A stretch of 63,991 nucleotides of DNA, counting the filler, from Sphacelaria rigidula (Eukaryota): NCBI GenBank assembly GCA_964200075.2. It is 7 parts of 7 records of this genome, joined end to end, with 100 filler letters (N's around TTAATTAATTAA, not from the genome) between each part and the next. Parts side by side here need not be neighbours in the genome. Positions count along the whole stretch, not along the records: positions 54,937 to 63,991 come from CAXNAA020009419.1; 6 more parts are not named here. One strand, given 5' to 3'. Positions 63,188-63,991 of this stretch are shown piece by piece. The notes under the pieces were generated by a model, which was given only the letters and a program-made list of their open reading frames with translations, was not told the DNA's origin and did not search any database. A program made the position numbers and the translations under genes. Position 1 is the first letter of the stretch. Each line of letters begins with the position of its first letter.

Positions 63188-63991
63188 GTGTCTGTTATAT
63201 TGATTTACGTATGTTTGAAGGGTTGGGCGAATCACCGCTGGTTTGAACCATCAAATGCACGAGTACTGAGACCTGGTCGCTCGAAAGAGAGAGAGAGAGG
63301 AAAAAAAAGTTGACCGCGGGTCAAAGAAAGTGTAGGCAATTTTGGTGCTATATTAAGTACCGGGGATGCTCCACCCGCACAGCAAATTGGCGTTCATGAC
63401 AGGCGTGCTCGAGAGCGAACCCCTAGGATGAGCGGGAAAGTGCAGAGCAATCGCCTCGGTGGTGAAACGCCTCTTTTTTTTTCTTTCTTTTCTTTTTTTT
63501 TTTCCTTGAAGAAGGAGGAAACCTGATTCAAAACTTGAGACACGGTTCGGACAAATCATCGCCTGTTCCAATTGCCCAATCTACGATATTTCAGGCCTGA
63601 TTGCTCGAAAGAAAGAAAAAAGTTGACCGCTGGTCGAAGAAGATCTCCACGCATTTTTTGCGCCATTCCACGGGCCTGGGCTGCGCGTACCTGGGTCGCA
63701 ACGCTGAAAACAAAGCTTAATGATTGATCTCGTACGGTACGAATCAGTGACACTGAAATCGAGCAATTTTTAGACGAATCATTGATTCATCCGACCCTTG
63801 AAAACTTACCCCTCGAACGGGTTCGGGTGCCGATTACCCAGAGGCTCGGCTAGACTGCCTGAGCAATGAATGCTATGGTAGGGGTGCACTTTTTTCGCGA
63901 AATTTTGTCTGGTTCAGGGGCTCCTAGCGATTCTAGACGCACAAGAATATGGGTCACAGCATCCCTGCTTGTAGATATATTCGGGGGATCC

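Overview
This window is not contiguous DNA. It holds seven unlinked contigs of 9057-9055 bp in decreasing size order, joined by artificial 100-bp linkers (44 N + TTAATTAATTAA + 44 N). The source is an intron-rich, repeat-rich eukaryote. A stramenopile, probably a brown alga, is inferred from the short exons, 0.2-3 kb TE-filled introns and repeat style; this is not proven. I spliced partial genes by hand: clathrin heavy chain (7 exons, +, one GC-AG intron), RICTOR 3' end (6 exons, -), RNA polymerase III RPC2 (2 exons, -) and CWC22 (6 exons, +). There is also an unidentified gene or genes built from phase-0 coiled-coil exon modules. The remainder is a decayed Ty3/Gypsy element, tRNA-derived SINEs, several MITE/foldback families and ~41-bp minisatellites. 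Two structures stand out. (1) A 96-nt coiled-coil exon is present twice in tandem and once inverted tail-to-tail with only 7 bp between, a candidate invertible or shuffled exon cassette. (2) A ~95%-identical 256-bp inverted repeat brackets a frame-shifting CWC22 exon, an arrangement associated with circRNA formation or exon skipping. Most ORFs in the supplied track are spurious.
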